A stretch of 62,897 bases of DNA, filler included. It is 8 parts of 8 records of this genome, joined end to end, with 100 filler letters (N's around TTAATTAATTAA, not from the genome) between each part and the next. Parts side by side here need not be neighbours in the genome. Positions count along the whole stretch, not along the records: positions 19,132 to 22,235 come from SRR20825010_4806; positions 22,336 to 49,639 come from SRR20825010_4810; 6 more parts are not named here. One strand, 5' to 3'. Below the pieces are notes generated by a model, which searched no databases, was not told where the DNA came from, and was given only the letters and a program-made list of their open reading frames with translations. The position numbers were made by a program, and so were the translations under genes. Numbering within the stretch: position 1 is the stretch's first letter; every line of letters begins with the position of its first letter. Of the stretch, positions 19,460 through 30,418 are shown piece by piece.

Positions 19460-20284
19460 CTATCGTCCTGAAAACTTCGCGGGACGCTTTTCCAGAAAAT
19501 GGGCGACGCCTTCTTTAAAGTCTTCACTCGCAAAACTCTTGATCATCTCCTCATTGCCGGTTGCGACGGCATCGCTCAGGCTTTGGAACTGGGCTTCATA
19601 CAGTTGGCGTTTCATAACCGCCATGGAGCGCGGCGAGACGTTTTGCGCAAGATCCGCTGCATAGGCTTTGACAGCTGGCATCAGAGCGTCAGCATCATGG
19701 ACCTGGTTCACAAGGCCGAGGTGCAGGGCTTCCTCCGCCGCCACTTTACGCGACGACAGCAGGAGATCCAGCGCCGCCGAGTGCCCAATCAGCCGGGGAA
19801 GCATCCAGGAAATGCCGTGTTCCGCAATCAGACCCCGTTTCGCAAACGCCGTCATGAAGATGGCGTCCCGGCTGGCGAAGCGCATATCGCAATACAGGGA
19901 CACAACCATCCCCAATCCGGCAGCGGGGCCATTAATAGCGCCAATGATGGGTTTGCTGATGGATGGAAAATAGGAATATTGCGTCTGGAAGTCCGACCGG
20001 ACTGCAACATTATATGCCTTTGTACCGTATACCGCGCCGGCCTCTCGCTTTTCCGATCCATCCTCAATTCCGCTCAAGAGATCCATATCGGCCCCGGCGC
20101 AGAACCCACGACCTTCCCCGGTGAGGATAATAACCCGAACCGCATCATCTTTTTCCGCAGATTCCATCGCGTCACGCACTTCGCGTTCCATCGTCCGGGT
20201 CCAGGCGTTCAGCTTATCCGGCCGGTTCAGGGTTACTATTGCGACACCGTTTTCTGTTTCGAATTTTATATGCTCATAGGCCAT
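19460..20284 (-). CDS. Enoyl-CoA hydratase/isomerase (crotonase family)
   Basis: LNRPDKLNA, FCAGAD, KPIIGAINGPAAGLG, DFKEGVAHFLEKR. Confidence 0.92.
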   Translation of the reverse strand: MAYEHIKFETENGVAIVTLNRPDKLNAWTRTMEREVRDAMESAEKDDAVRVIILTGEGRGFCAGADMDLLSGIEDGSEKREAGAVYGTKAYNVAVRSDFQTQYSYFPSISKPIIGAINGPAAGLGMVVSLYCDMRFASRDAIFMTAFAKRGLIAEHGISWMLPRLIGHSAALDLLLSSRKVAAEEALHLGLVNQVHDADALMPAVKAYAADLAQNVSPRSMAVMKRQLYEAQFQSLSDAVATGNEEMIKSFASEDFKEGVAHFLEKRPAKFSGR

Positions 20285-20797
20285 TACATTTCCCTTTTTA
20301 TTGCTTTTGACGGGGAATAAAGTTTAACCCAAATCAGAAGAGGCGTCTCGCTGTCTTTTTTGAGGCCCCAATCTCGACCTTAATCCACGTACTACAGACC
20401 CATGTAGCTATTGATGAATTCTTGCGGCAAGAGCAATTACTTTCATTTAAAGATGCGCCGCCCTAAAGCATCCATAAGAGAAAACCTTGCCCTGCATTGA
20501 TTGCGGCAGCTAACGGTACTTATGATAGAACGAGGTTCAAGATTTCAGCCTTTTTATGCATCCCGTGGCCAACCTATATTTGGCCTTCAAAAATTTCGTA
20601 TTTCGGATCATTTCAACAAGCCTAATAAGATTGCTCCCCATTTACATCATTTTAATCTATTATGTGATCGGGGGACGATTGTATCGACGCATATATTTTC
20701 TAGTTTCGATTTTTTGCCCTCCCGATATTTTGTAGCAATAACATACTCTTAGCAAGTGTGTGCAAATAACGGTATTTTTAGAGGAGGGGAAGTAAAA

Positions 20798-21235
20798 ATG
20801 ACAACTACACTGGTAATTGGTCTTGATGGCCATGAGTCGGGGGAACGTGTTCTTGACTATGGCAAGCGAATGGCAGGTCTGATCAAGGACAGCGAACTTC
20901 TGGTCGTCTATGTCGTTGAATGGTCACCCTATTCATTTCAGACGCCTGAGGAAAATGCGCAGCGCCACAAGCGAAGAGATGAAGAAATCTCCCTCGCGAC
21001 CGAACGGGTGATCGATCCAGCATTGGCGAAGCTGAAAGAGTCCGGCGTCAAGGCCCGGGGCGTCGTTCGCCATGGCCATGTCGCAGATATTCTAAACGCT
21101 GTCGCCAAGGAAGAAAATGCGGAGCAAATCATCGTCGGGCGTGCCTCAAATCAGGGGTTGGTCGATCGACTGTTTGGAAGCTCAACGTCTACTCTGGTGA
21201 TGAGCGCACATGTACCTGTAACTGTGATTGGCTGA
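20798..21235 (+). CDS. Universal stress protein
   Basis: VIGLDG, IIVGR..LFGS..VPVTVI; GAGGAGG RBS before ATG 20798. Confidence 0.88.
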   Translation: MTTTLVIGLDGHESGERVLDYGKRMAGLIKDSELLVVYVVEWSPYSFQTPEENAQRHKRRDEEISLATERVIDPALAKLKESGVKARGVVRHGHVADILNAVAKEENAEQIIVGRASNQGLVDRLFGSSTSTLVMSAHVPVTVIG

Positions 21236-21248
21236 AGGGGGAGTTGTC

Positions 21249-22235
21249 ATGAGAAAAATATTTATCGCACTGCTAGTTCAGATTGCCGCAATCGCCGCCG
21301 TCGGGCCTGCGCTCGCCCAGGAGGCAATGTCGCTGGACGCTCAGGTAAATCAGACGTTCGCCGCCGTCACAGGCCCGTTTGTCAGTTTTATCTTCGCACC
21401 CATCCCGGGAACCAGCTTTCCCTGGATCGTGATGTGGCTTGTCATTGCCGCCTCTATCTTCACAATCTATTTCGGTTTCGTCCAGTTCCGCTTCTTCGGG
21501 CATGCAATCAGCCTGGTGAAGGGCGATTATTCAGACCCTAATGACGCAGGTGAAGTCAGCCATTTCCAGGCCCTTGCAACAGCCCTCTCGGGCACTGTCG
21601 GGCTTGGCAATATTGCTGGTGTGGCCGTCGCTGTTGGCATTGGCGGCCCGGGCGCTACCTTCTGGATGATCCTTGCCGGGCTTCTTGGCATGGCGTCAAA
21701 ATTCACGGAATGTACGCTCGGCGTTAAGTACCGGAATGAATATGAAGATGGCACGGTCTCAGGTGGACCGATGTACTACATATCGAAAGGTTTCAAGCAG
21801 CTCGGCATTCCGGGCGGCAAGCCTCTCGCCATCCTCTTCTCTATTTTCTGCATTCTCGGCGCCCTTGGCGGCGGTAATATGTTCCAAGCGAACCAGGCTC
21901 ATGCCCAGATTTCCGGCATTGTTGGGGAGTATCCCGGATGGATTACAGGCGTCGTCTTCGCCGTCGTCGTGTTTGCTGTGATTGTCGGTGGCATGAAGTC
22001 AATTGCGCGGGTAACTGAAAAGGTCGTCCCCTTTATGGGCATCATGTATGTAGCCGCCGCGATTATTATTCTCGCGGTCAATTACGACCAGATCGGCTGG
22101 GCTTTCGGTCAGATTTTTGAAGGTGCCTTTACAGGTCTCGGCGTCGCTGGTGGGTTTGTCGGCGCGTTGATTCAGGGATTCAAACGGGCGGCCTTCTCCA
22201 ACGAAGCCGGTGTCGGCTCCGCCGCCATCGCCCAT
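21249..22235 (+). CDS. Alanine/glycine:cation symporter (AGCS), 3' truncated
   Basis: SHFQAL..SGTVGLGNIAGVA, GGPGATFWM, GGPMYY, FSNEAGVGSAAIAH. Confidence 0.93.
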
Positions 22236-22335
22236 NNNNNNNNNNNNNNNNNNNNNNNNNNNNNNNNNNNNNNNNNNNNTTAATTAATTAANNNNNNNNN
22301 NNNNNNNNNNNNNNNNNNNNNNNNNNNNNNNNNNN
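22236..22335. other. Artificial contig-joining spacer
   Basis: N44-TTAATTAATTAA-N44. Confidence 0.98.
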
Positions 22336-23812
22336 CAATTAAATTCATTAAAACTTGTGAAATTCTTACTGAATTACCTACTAATTGTACTGGGACTTCT
22401 TCCTCAATTTCAAGGTTAATTATATTCTGATTTTGTAAACGTATATACTCAAAAGAAGAAATTATACTAATTATAAGTTCTTTGAGATTGAAGGTAATTT
22501 CATCATTTTGAGCATTATTAGCGTCAATTTTATTAATCTGTAAAACATCGTTTATAAGCGCCAATAAATAATCTGCTGAAAACTTTAAAGATTTTAAATC
22601 TTTTTTGTGCTCATTTAGTCTTTCATCCTCAAGTAATATTGAACTTAGCCCAATAACTCCGTACAATGGTGTTCGTAATTCATGGCTAATAGTTGAGAAA
22701 AAATTACTTTTCGCCTTAGCTAAATGCTCTGATTTCTGTTTTGCTTCTAAATACTCTTGGTTTTTTATTCTAAGCGCTTTATTTAATTCTTTTCTTTTTT
22801 GATATGCGAAATATAAAATGACTATTAATAATAAGCCTAATATACACACTAATATTAAAAAATTATTTTGTTTGTTTTTAGTTTGCGCTATTTGTTCTTG
22901 TAAATTAGAATATTCTTCTGCTTTTTTTATATCTTTCTGATACTGTTCTAGTTGGTATTTTGCAACAATAGATTTGGCATATACACTTTCTTCAGTTAGG
23001 ATATTTTCTAAATATAATTCTTGATACAAATTAGTATACTTGTATGCTTCCTTATATTTATTTAATGCAGCAAGCCCCATTGAATATTGATTATAGGCTT
23101 GAGCAAGTTCTGGAGGATAATCTTTGCTAGTAGGATAATCAATTGTTTTTTTAGAATATAAATTAGCCTTTTCATATTCTTTTTTATGCAGATAATAGGA
23201 AGCCCAAAAGTTGTTAATACCTATAATGTAATTATCATCTTTTATGCTTTTTATATTAGATATTTTTACAATATATGGATAAGCCAACTCAAATTCTTCT
23301 TCTTCTACACAAGATATTATGGTATTAAAGTATGCATTAACTAAACCACTAGTATCTTTCGCTTTTTCATAAAGTAAAATAGACTCTTTATGGTAGTTTA
23401 ATACTTTATTAAAATTGGAACCAGAATCAGCATATAAATTTGCAAGATCCATTTTAACTTCAGCATTGCTTGATAGACTACCGGAAATTTTAGCATACTC
23501 AATTGCTTTTCTAAAATTTCTCTCAGCTTGCACCGTATCCTTCATGAATAAGTAATCATAACCAAGATAACGATACCCTTTATAAATATAATTAGGATCG
23601 TTGATTAGAAGTGCTTTTTCTAAAATTTCAATGTTGTATTTAAAAGAAGCGAGATAATTTCCTTTTATATAGTTATCATTAGAGGAATCGAGCAATATTT
23701 CCATTAATAACCTCTCTTTGTCAACCAACTTAGAAATGCTGTCAGTATGTTCTTGAGAAAAAAGAATGACAGGGCTAAAGAGTAAAATTAAATGGAAAAT
23801 TATAGATTTCAT
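22336..23812 (-). CDS. TPR-sensor histidine kinase, 3' truncated
   Basis: Signal peptide, TPR-like helices, one TM, H-box FFSTISHELRTPL, N-box QVLMNL. Confidence 0.9.
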
Positions 23813-23902
23813 TTTATTTTGCCTTAATGTAATTAGCATAAATTTATATAATTACAATTTATGCTTTACGATTTCAGTGAGCTTATTTAATTTTTTTCAA
23901 TT

Positions 23903-25222
23903 CTATGATTCATTAATTTCATTCTTATTAATCAGTTTCACATCAATATTCTTACTAGCTATAGCTCCAAGTTTTCTTAATTTTTCTACTCTTCGTACAA
24001 GATTTCCTTTGCCTTCCAATTTTACCAATGCGTTATCAAAAGTACCTTGAACCGTTCCTAATTGGCGTTTTATTTTACTCAATTCATCTAAAAGCCCAAC
24101 GAAGGAATCGTACAAGCGTCCAGCTTCAGTTGCTATTTCAAGGGTGTTTTTCTTTTGGTTGTCGTTTTCCCACAGGTTTTCTACCAATCGTAAAGCTGCT
24201 AAAAGTGTTGAAGGAGTTACAATCATTACTTTTCTTTTGAAAGCTTCTTGATATAAATTTTTCTGATTGGCAACCGCAATGGCAAATGCAGGTTCAATGG
24301 GTACGAACATAAATATAGTGTCTGGACTTTCATTTATAGCGTGATAATACTTCTTTTCACTTAAAGTAACAATATGCCGTTTTATAGAATCTATATGGTC
24401 CTTTAAATATTTGCGCTTCAATTCTTCATTCTCTTCGGAAACATATCTTTCAAAATCTGTTAGCGACACTTTACTGTCTATTATCATCTTTTTTCCGTCG
24501 GGAAGATGTATAATAACATCGGTTTGCAATCTACCTCCATCCGGATTTTCGTGACTATCTTGAACGGTATATTCTCTACCTTTTTCAAGGCCAGATTCTT
24601 CTAAAACTCTGGAAAGTATCATTTCTCCCCAATTTCCTTGAATTTTAGAATCACCTTTTAAGGCTTTTGTAAGATTATCTGCTTCTTGACTAATTTTGAT
24701 ATTTTGTTCGTTTAAAAACTGAAGTTGTTTACCTAATTCCGCGTGAGTTCTTATAAAATCTATGTTGTTTTTTCCTACTTTTTCTTCGAAATCCTTAATT
24801 TTTTCATTCAATGGTTTTAGTATATTTTCTATACTTTTTTTGTTTGAATCAGTAAATTCTTCCGTTTTATCAAGCAAAATTTTATTAGCGAGGTTTTCAA
24901 ATTTATCTTTAAAATCTTTTTCAAAATTTTTAAACCGTTCTTTCTCCTTTTCAAGTTCTGAGTAAAGTGAATTGTATTCAGCACTTTGTTTAGAAAGTTG
25001 CATGTTTAATTGTTCTTTTTCAGCTCTTATTTGGTCTTTTTCAGCTGTAATTAGGGCAAAACGTACATCCAATTTTTCTACTTGAAATTGTGCATTTTCA
25101 AGACGCTCTTCAAGCTTGCTAGTTTCCGTTTTGTTTTTCAGTCGCGCAAAAAGATTTCCAATAAATGCCCCAATTAATAGGCAAATAGCTGCCAATAGAA
25201 GAAAAAGGAATGTTTCGTTCAT
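23903..25222 (-). CDS. rmuC: DNA recombination protein RmuC
   Basis: N-terminal TM, coiled coil, QGNWGEMIL..LE.SGL, IIDSKVSL, MFVPIEPAF, TPSTLLAAL. Confidence 0.92.
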   Translation of the reverse strand: MNETFLFLLLAAICLLIGAFIGNLFARLKNKTETSKLEERLENAQFQVEKLDVRFALITAEKDQIRAEKEQLNMQLSKQSAEYNSLYSELEKEKERFKNFEKDFKDKFENLANKILLDKTEEFTDSNKKSIENILKPLNEKIKDFEEKVGKNNIDFIRTHAELGKQLQFLNEQNIKISQEADNLTKALKGDSKIQGNWGEMILSRVLEESGLEKGREYTVQDSHENPDGGRLQTDVIIHLPDGKKMIIDSKVSLTDFERYVSEENEELKRKYLKDHIDSIKRHIVTLSEKKYYHAINESPDTIFMFVPIEPAFAIAVANQKNLYQEAFKRKVMIVTPSTLLAALRLVENLWENDNQKKNTLEIATEAGRLYDSFVGLLDELSKIKRQLGTVQGTFDNALVKLEGKGNLVRRVEKLRKLGAIASKNIDVKLINKNEINES

Positions 25223-25248
25223 TATAAATTATTTTAAAGTAAATATAC

Positions 25249-26043
25249 TTATTTCCGAATAGTAAACCTTCCCGTTTTTCCATCAAAATCGATGGTTTCT
25301 TTTGGGAAAAGTGCATCAAACCTACCAGTTTCAATAAGTTTACAGGGATTGTCAAAAAAAGTTTCTTGCGTTGTCATTACAAGCATTTTATCAGTAAGCT
25401 GAATGGCTAAATCTATTTCATGAGTTGAAAAAAGAATGGTTTTATCCATTTCTGAAGCTAATTTCTTCAACAGTTTTAAAATGTAAGCTCGATGATAAAT
25501 ATCTAAATGTGTTGTTGGTTCATCTAAAATAATAACTGGAGTATCCTGCGCTAATGCACGTGCAATAGCAACTCGTTGCATTTGACCATCACTGAGTTCA
25601 AAACATTTTCTTTGAGCAAGGGCTGTAATTTCTGTGGCTTCTAAAGCAAATTTTACGGCTTTTTTGTCATTTTCTGAAAGTGAACCAATCCAATTGGTGT
25701 AGGGTTGTCTGCCCAATGAAACGAGTTCCAAAACAGTTAGGTTTTTGGAAGCTGGAGCTTCTGTTAAAACGATACTTAGTTGGGTTGCTAGTTGAAAAGG
25801 TGCATATTGTTTTAAATCTTTTCCGTTGAGTAAAATTTTCCCATTCAATAGATTTTGCATACCCGCTAAAGTTCGCAAAAGTGTGGATTTTCCGATGCCG
25901 TTTGCGCCTACAAGTCCTATCAATTCTCCTTTCATAAAAGAAAAATTAATTCCTTCTGAGACAATAGCATTCTCTTTTTTGTTGGAATAACCTACAGCAA
26001 GATTCCGAGCCTCAAAAGTTGGATGTTTTTCTTCTGATTCCAT
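25249..26043 (-). CDS. ABC transporter ATPase (BtuD/FepC-like)
   Basis: GANGIGKS, LSDGQ, LDEPT; TAATG coupling to the permease gene. Confidence 0.9.
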   Translation of the reverse strand: MESEEKHPTFEARNLAVGYSNKKENAIVSEGINFSFMKGELIGLVGANGIGKSTLLRTLAGMQNLLNGKILLNGKDLKQYAPFQLATQLSIVLTEAPASKNLTVLELVSLGRQPYTNWIGSLSENDKKAVKFALEATEITALAQRKCFELSDGQMQRVAIARALAQDTPVIILDEPTTHLDIYHRAYILKLLKKLASEMDKTILFSTHEIDLAIQLTDKMLVMTTQETFFDNPCKLIETGRFDALFPKETIDFDGKTGRFTIRK

Positions 26044-27074
26044 TAAAAGAATAGTTTTCGTTTTCGAACCAATAACCAAATCACTACGGGTGCCCCAATT
26101 AAGGAGGTTATAGCGTTTATTGGAAGTGTATATTCACTAAAGGGCAATTGTGCAACGGTGTCACAAACTAGCATTAACAAGCTTCCGCAGAGTAATACGG
26201 CTGGTAATAATATTAAATGATTTGATGTTTTAAAAAACTGACGCACCAAATGTGGTACTGCTAACCCTACAAATGCTATTGGCCCAACGAAGGCTGTAAT
26301 ACTTCCCGCTAAAATACTTGTTGCTAAAATTATAATGAATGTATTTCGCTTTATATGAAGGCCCATACTCTTAGCATAATTTTCACCTAAAAGTAGCGCA
26401 TTTAATGATTTACTACTGGAAAAACTGATGATTAAGCCAATTAAAAAACAAATTGTTAGAATAAAAACACCTTGCCACGATTGATTTCCTAAGCTACCGA
26501 ATGACCAAAATATGTATTGTTTCAATTGCTCTGCTTCACTAAAATAGGAGAGTACAGAAACTACAGCAGTAGTGACGCTGCCAAACATCAATCCAATTAT
26601 TAAGATTGCCATTGTATCTTTTATTCTGAAAGTAACCGCTAACACAGATAATAGAACCAAAAAACTTCCTAATCCGGAAGCGATTACCAAACTCCATTGG
26701 CTTAGTAAAATGGTTCCAAAAAATCCTCCAAATGCACTTGCGCCCATTATTAATATGGCAACACCCAAACTAGCACCACTGCTCAATCCCAACACAAAAG
26801 GACCAGCAAGCGGGTTTCTAAATAATGTTTGCATTAACAAGCCAGAAATAGCTAAACCTCCTCCGGTAAGCATTGCCGTCAGCGCTTTTGGTAATCTATA
26901 CTCTAATAAAATATACTGCCATGTTTCTTTGGAAGTACCGTTCCCTATAAAGACAGAGAAAATTTCGTCTAATGGAATAGCAACTGAACCTACACTTAAA
27001 TTTAAGAAAAAAGCAAGGAGTAACGCTAAAAATAGGAAGCTAAAAAGCCCGCGATATGTTGGTGTAATTTGCAT
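26043..27074 (-). CDS. FecCD/BtuC-family permease
   Basis: MQTLFRNPLAGP..LGLSSGA, LLLGENYAKSMG, GPIAFVGLAVPH. Confidence 0.92.
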   Translation of the reverse strand: MQITPTYRGLFSFLFLALLLAFFLNLSVGSVAIPLDEIFSVFIGNGTSKETWQYILLEYRLPKALTAMLTGGGLAISGLLMQTLFRNPLAGPFVLGLSSGASLGVAILIMGASAFGGFFGTILLSQWSLVIASGLGSFLVLLSVLAVTFRIKDTMAILIIGLMFGSVTTAVVSVLSYFSEAEQLKQYIFWSFGSLGNQSWQGVFILTICFLIGLIISFSSSKSLNALLLGENYAKSMGLHIKRNTFIIILATSILAGSITAFVGPIAFVGLAVPHLVRQFFKTSNHLILLPAVLLCGSLLMLVCDTVAQLPFSEYTLPINAITSLIGAPVVIWLLVRKRKLFF

Positions 27075-28219
27075 TACTGAAGCTTGTCGAAAAAGTAAAG
27101 TTCGTAATTTGGAAATAGTTCAGGATGAAGTACTTTAATTAAATCTTTTAAAACCAAATCGGGTCTATTTGGTGCTAATTCAAAATAAATAACCCCCCCA
27201 GTTTTACCTTTTTTAAGGCTATATGTAAACACATTTTCGTTTTTGAAAGCTTTAAATTGTGTGTATGCTTTGCTGGCGTTTTTCATTTCATCTAAGCTTG
27301 TAAATTGCCCTGGACCAATCCAAAACTCCGCATCGTGGCCTTTTTCAAGCACAGATTCTAAATTTAGCGATAAAGAGCCGGTTCCTTCAGAGTCTTTCCA
27401 TAGATAATCCCCATTGGCATCAGCAATAAACTGTGCTCCCCAGCTATCGCCTTGCGGTATATACCAAACATCCTTATACATGGCGCCACTAATTACTGTA
27501 GGTTTTGTCTTAGCTTGTGATGCTATTTTTTTTGCAGAAATATATGCTGTTTCAATATTTTTAAAAATACTATCCGCTTCTTTTTCTTTATTGAAAAGTG
27601 CTCCAAAAAATTTAATCCATTCTGCTTTTCCCAAAGGTGAAGTTTCAGTCCAATCTGAATTATATAGTACTGAAACCCCCATTTTTTCTATTGTGCTGAA
27701 TGTAGAATTATTTCCATCTATAGCAAAACCAATCACTGCATCAGGCGCTAAATCGATTAGAATTTCAGTATTTATGTCTTCATTTCTTCCAAGTTCAGTA
27801 ATTTTTCCTGCTACTATATTTTCGCGTGTTTTTTCTGAAGAAATATAATCAAGATTAGGAAAACCAACTAGACTATTGGTTTCATTAAGTATTTCTAGCG
27901 AAGGAATGTGCGTAGTAGAGGTAACCACGATTCGTTTTATTGGCATTTCAACAATGGCATCAAAACTATCCGCATTCGGGGGTAAAGTTCCTTTTTCAAC
28001 CAATGCATATTTAAAAGTTTTATCGGTTCCTGGCCAAGGGTTTTTTAGGGAAATGGTTTTATAATTTTTGAAAGAGCTTATCTCAAAACCATTTGCGTAT
28101 TTAATTTCTGTGATTTTTTCTTCTGAAGTAACAACAGACTCTAAGCTATCGTTGGAGTTTGGATTCTTGCAAGAAGCTAAAATAATTAGGGTAGTAAGTA
28201 GGAAAACAATTTTTTGCAT
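27074..28219 (-). CDS. BtuF-like ABC substrate-binding lipoprotein
   Basis: Lipobox LASC, SPLGKAEWIKF, RPDLVLKDL; divergent from the B12 riboswitch. Confidence 0.85.
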   Translation of the reverse strand: MQKIVFLLTTLIILASCKNPNSNDSLESVVTSEEKITEIKYANGFEISSFKNYKTISLKNPWPGTDKTFKYALVEKGTLPPNADSFDAIVEMPIKRIVVTSTTHIPSLEILNETNSLVGFPNLDYISSEKTRENIVAGKITELGRNEDINTEILIDLAPDAVIGFAIDGNNSTFSTIEKMGVSVLYNSDWTETSPLGKAEWIKFFGALFNKEKEADSIFKNIETAYISAKKIASQAKTKPTVISGAMYKDVWYIPQGDSWGAQFIADANGDYLWKDSEGTGSLSLNLESVLEKGHDAEFWIGPGQFTSLDEMKNASKAYTQFKAFKNENVFTYSLKKGKTGGVIYFELAPNRPDLVLKDLIKVLHPELFPNYELYFFDKLQ

Positions 28220-28222
28220 CCC

Positions 28223-28272
28223 CAAAAATAATGGTTTTGTTTGGGCGAACCAGTATTTAAAACCTATTTTTG
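28223..28272. promoter_or_regulatory. Divergent Bacteroidota -7 promoter elements
   Basis: TATTTTTG on minus (28223-28230) and on plus (28265-28272); both match TAnnTTTG. Confidence 0.7.
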
Positions 28273-28276
28273 CACT

Positions 28277-28566
28277 GAATTTTGGTGAGTAGTTTTCAAA
28301 TACTGAAAATACTCTTAAAAGGGAAATAGGTGAAAGATTTTAAAAATGTTTGTCGAAAATAAAAAAATCGATACTAGTAAATCTAAAATAATTAATCCTA
28401 TGCTGTTCCCGCAACTGTAAGTCGTCCCGAAAAAAATTTTGGGCGTGCATGCTTCAAAAACCACTGTCTTGATAGTTTTCGGGATGGGAAGGTGGCACAA
28501 AAGACAAGCCAGGAGACCTGCCAAATTCATAACATAAAATTATCAAACTTTCGGGATAAAGGTTGA
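28277..28566 (+). ncRNA. Cobalamin riboswitch
   Basis: AAAAGGGAA, GGTG..ATCC, GCTGTTCCCGCAACTGTAA, CCACTG..GGGAAGG, AAGCCAGGAGACCTGCC. Loop CGGGA (28552-28556) is complementary to TCCCG (28407-28411). Upstream of a TonB receptor. Confidence 0.93.
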
Positions 28567-28569
28567 ATT

Positions 28570-30402
28570 ATGAAACAAAATTGGTTCCATATTGTCTTGG
28601 GTATTTTTCTGTGCACGGCTTCTGTTCATGCGCAATTAGACAGTATTCAGCAATTGCCTGAAGTGTTACTTATTGATGCAAAACTTATTCAGTTTTCAAA
28701 AGGGTTTAAGGTTGAAAAGCTAAGTGATTCTATTGTTGAAAAAAATGCAACATCGCTTACCGAAACACTGCGTTACAATTCTTCAATTTATTTTAAGGAA
28801 AATGGCTTCGGAATGGTTTCTTCGCCATCATTTAGAGGTACAAATGCGGCGCAAACAGCTGTTATTTGGAATGGAATAAATATTAATTCAGTTTTTACGG
28901 GACAAACAGATTTTAATACCATTTCACCTTTAAATTATGATGAAATTTCTATACGAAGTGGCGGTGGAGGCGTACAATACGGTAGTGGTGCTGTTGGCGG
29001 AAGTATTCATTTAAATAATACTTTTTCATTCAAAAAAATTGACACAACTGAAGTCGGATTGCGTTATGGAAGTTTCTCAACCCTCGGTGGAAGCGCAAAT
29101 ACAACTCATGCTTGGAATGATTACTATATAAATGTGGGTGTAGATTTTATTAATTCTGAAAACGATTACGATTATATAGGAAAGCATAAAACCAACACAC
29201 ATGGAGAATTTTTGAGATTTGCATCAAAACTAAACGCTGCAAAAAAACTTAAAAATGGTATTACAACATGGAATTCAGAATACACCTTTAATGACCGCAA
29301 TTTTCCAGGGAGTTTAACTACAATTGGTAAAGATGCTTATAAAGATATTGCAACCCGAAATCTATTTCAATTGCAACAAAATATTGGAGCTTTTACAACA
29401 AAAGCAAGTGTTGCACATCTTTTTGAAGAGTATAGATATTTTCCTGATAGTAAAAAACCGTTTTTTGATGGAGGAAAAGCAAATACTATTATTGGAGCAT
29501 TTCAGACAGAGGTTTTGTTGTTAAAAAAACTTCGATTAAACACTAGTGTAACGTATAATTATATTAACGCGACAGGTGAAAATGTTGGAGAAAATACCCG
29601 TAAAACCCTTGCTGCCGTTGTTTTGTTGAATCATAAAGTTTCTGAGAAATTCACATATGGACTTAATTTTCGGAAAGAATTTTTGAATGGATTCGATAAT
29701 CCGTTGCTTTTTTCTGCAGATGCAAAGTGGAATGTTTCAAAAGATTATGCACTTCGAATTAATGGTTCAAAAAACTATCGTGTTCCTACGTTTAATGATT
29801 TGTATTGGTATGCTGGCGGTAATAGTAATTTGCAGCCTGAAACCTCTTATCAAGTTGAATTAGGGCAGGAATTGGTTTTTAAAGATTTTAAAATTGATTT
29901 GGCAGGATATTATATTTCTTCCGAAGATTTAATTAAATGGGTTCCCGGAAATGGAGGGCTTTGGCAGCCTATAAACATTAGCAATACCAGAAATTTCGGC
30001 GCAGAATTTAAAATTGATTACACCTTAAAGTTTAAACCGAAACACTTTTTAAATTTTACTGCAAATTATTCATTTACCAATGCGGAAGATTTAGAAAAGG
30101 AAAAACAGCTTATGTATGTGCCATTTCATAAAACTGGGGGGACATTGGGTTATAATCACGATCAATTTTCATTTTATATTCATGGTTTGTATAATGGAGA
30201 AGCTTATACAACCACAGATAACAGTGATAGTGTAGCAGCTTTTACTGTGTTTAATCTTGGAGCAGAATATATTTTACCCTTTAGTTCAAATACAACAATA
30301 GGAGGTAGGCTTAAAAATGTTTTCAATAGCTATTATGAAAACGTTGCATACAGACCCATGCCTTCACGAAATTATCAAATATTTTTAAACTTTAAATTTT
30401 AA
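28570..30402 (+). CDS. btuB: TonB-dependent cobalamin receptor
   Basis: Plug motifs SFRGT..WNGINI, YGSGAVGG; RVPTFNDLYW; C-terminal Phe; under the B12 riboswitch. Confidence 0.85.
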   Translation: MKQNWFHIVLGIFLCTASVHAQLDSIQQLPEVLLIDAKLIQFSKGFKVEKLSDSIVEKNATSLTETLRYNSSIYFKENGFGMVSSPSFRGTNAAQTAVIWNGININSVFTGQTDFNTISPLNYDEISIRSGGGGVQYGSGAVGGSIHLNNTFSFKKIDTTEVGLRYGSFSTLGGSANTTHAWNDYYINVGVDFINSENDYDYIGKHKTNTHGEFLRFASKLNAAKKLKNGITTWNSEYTFNDRNFPGSLTTIGKDAYKDIATRNLFQLQQNIGAFTTKASVAHLFEEYRYFPDSKKPFFDGGKANTIIGAFQTEVLLLKKLRLNTSVTYNYINATGENVGENTRKTLAAVVLLNHKVSEKFTYGLNFRKEFLNGFDNPLLFSADAKWNVSKDYALRINGSKNYRVPTFNDLYWYAGGNSNLQPETSYQVELGQELVFKDFKIDLAGYYISSEDLIKWVPGNGGLWQPINISNTRNFGAEFKIDYTLKFKPKHFLNFTANYSFTNAEDLEKEKQLMYVPFHKTGGTLGYNHDQFSFYIHGLYNGEAYTTTDNSDSVAAFTVFNLGAEYILPFSSNTTIGGRLKNVFNSYYENVAYRPMPSRNYQIFLNFKF

Positions 30403-30418
30403 CATTCAAACAAAACTT

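Noticed and set aside
19499-20320. 273-aa ORF antisense to the enoyl-CoA hydratase
   Set aside because: Shadow ORF; the minus strand carries the crotonase motifs
20285-20797. About 500-nt intergenic region ahead of the USP and AGCS symporter; glycine riboswitch suspected
   Set aside because: No GGAGA...CCGAAG...CTCAGG aptamer core was found; the 83-aa ORF there looks non-coding
23903-25222. RmuC nuclease-fold gene as a possible defence system
   Set aside because: Ordinary rmuC with no defence partners nearby
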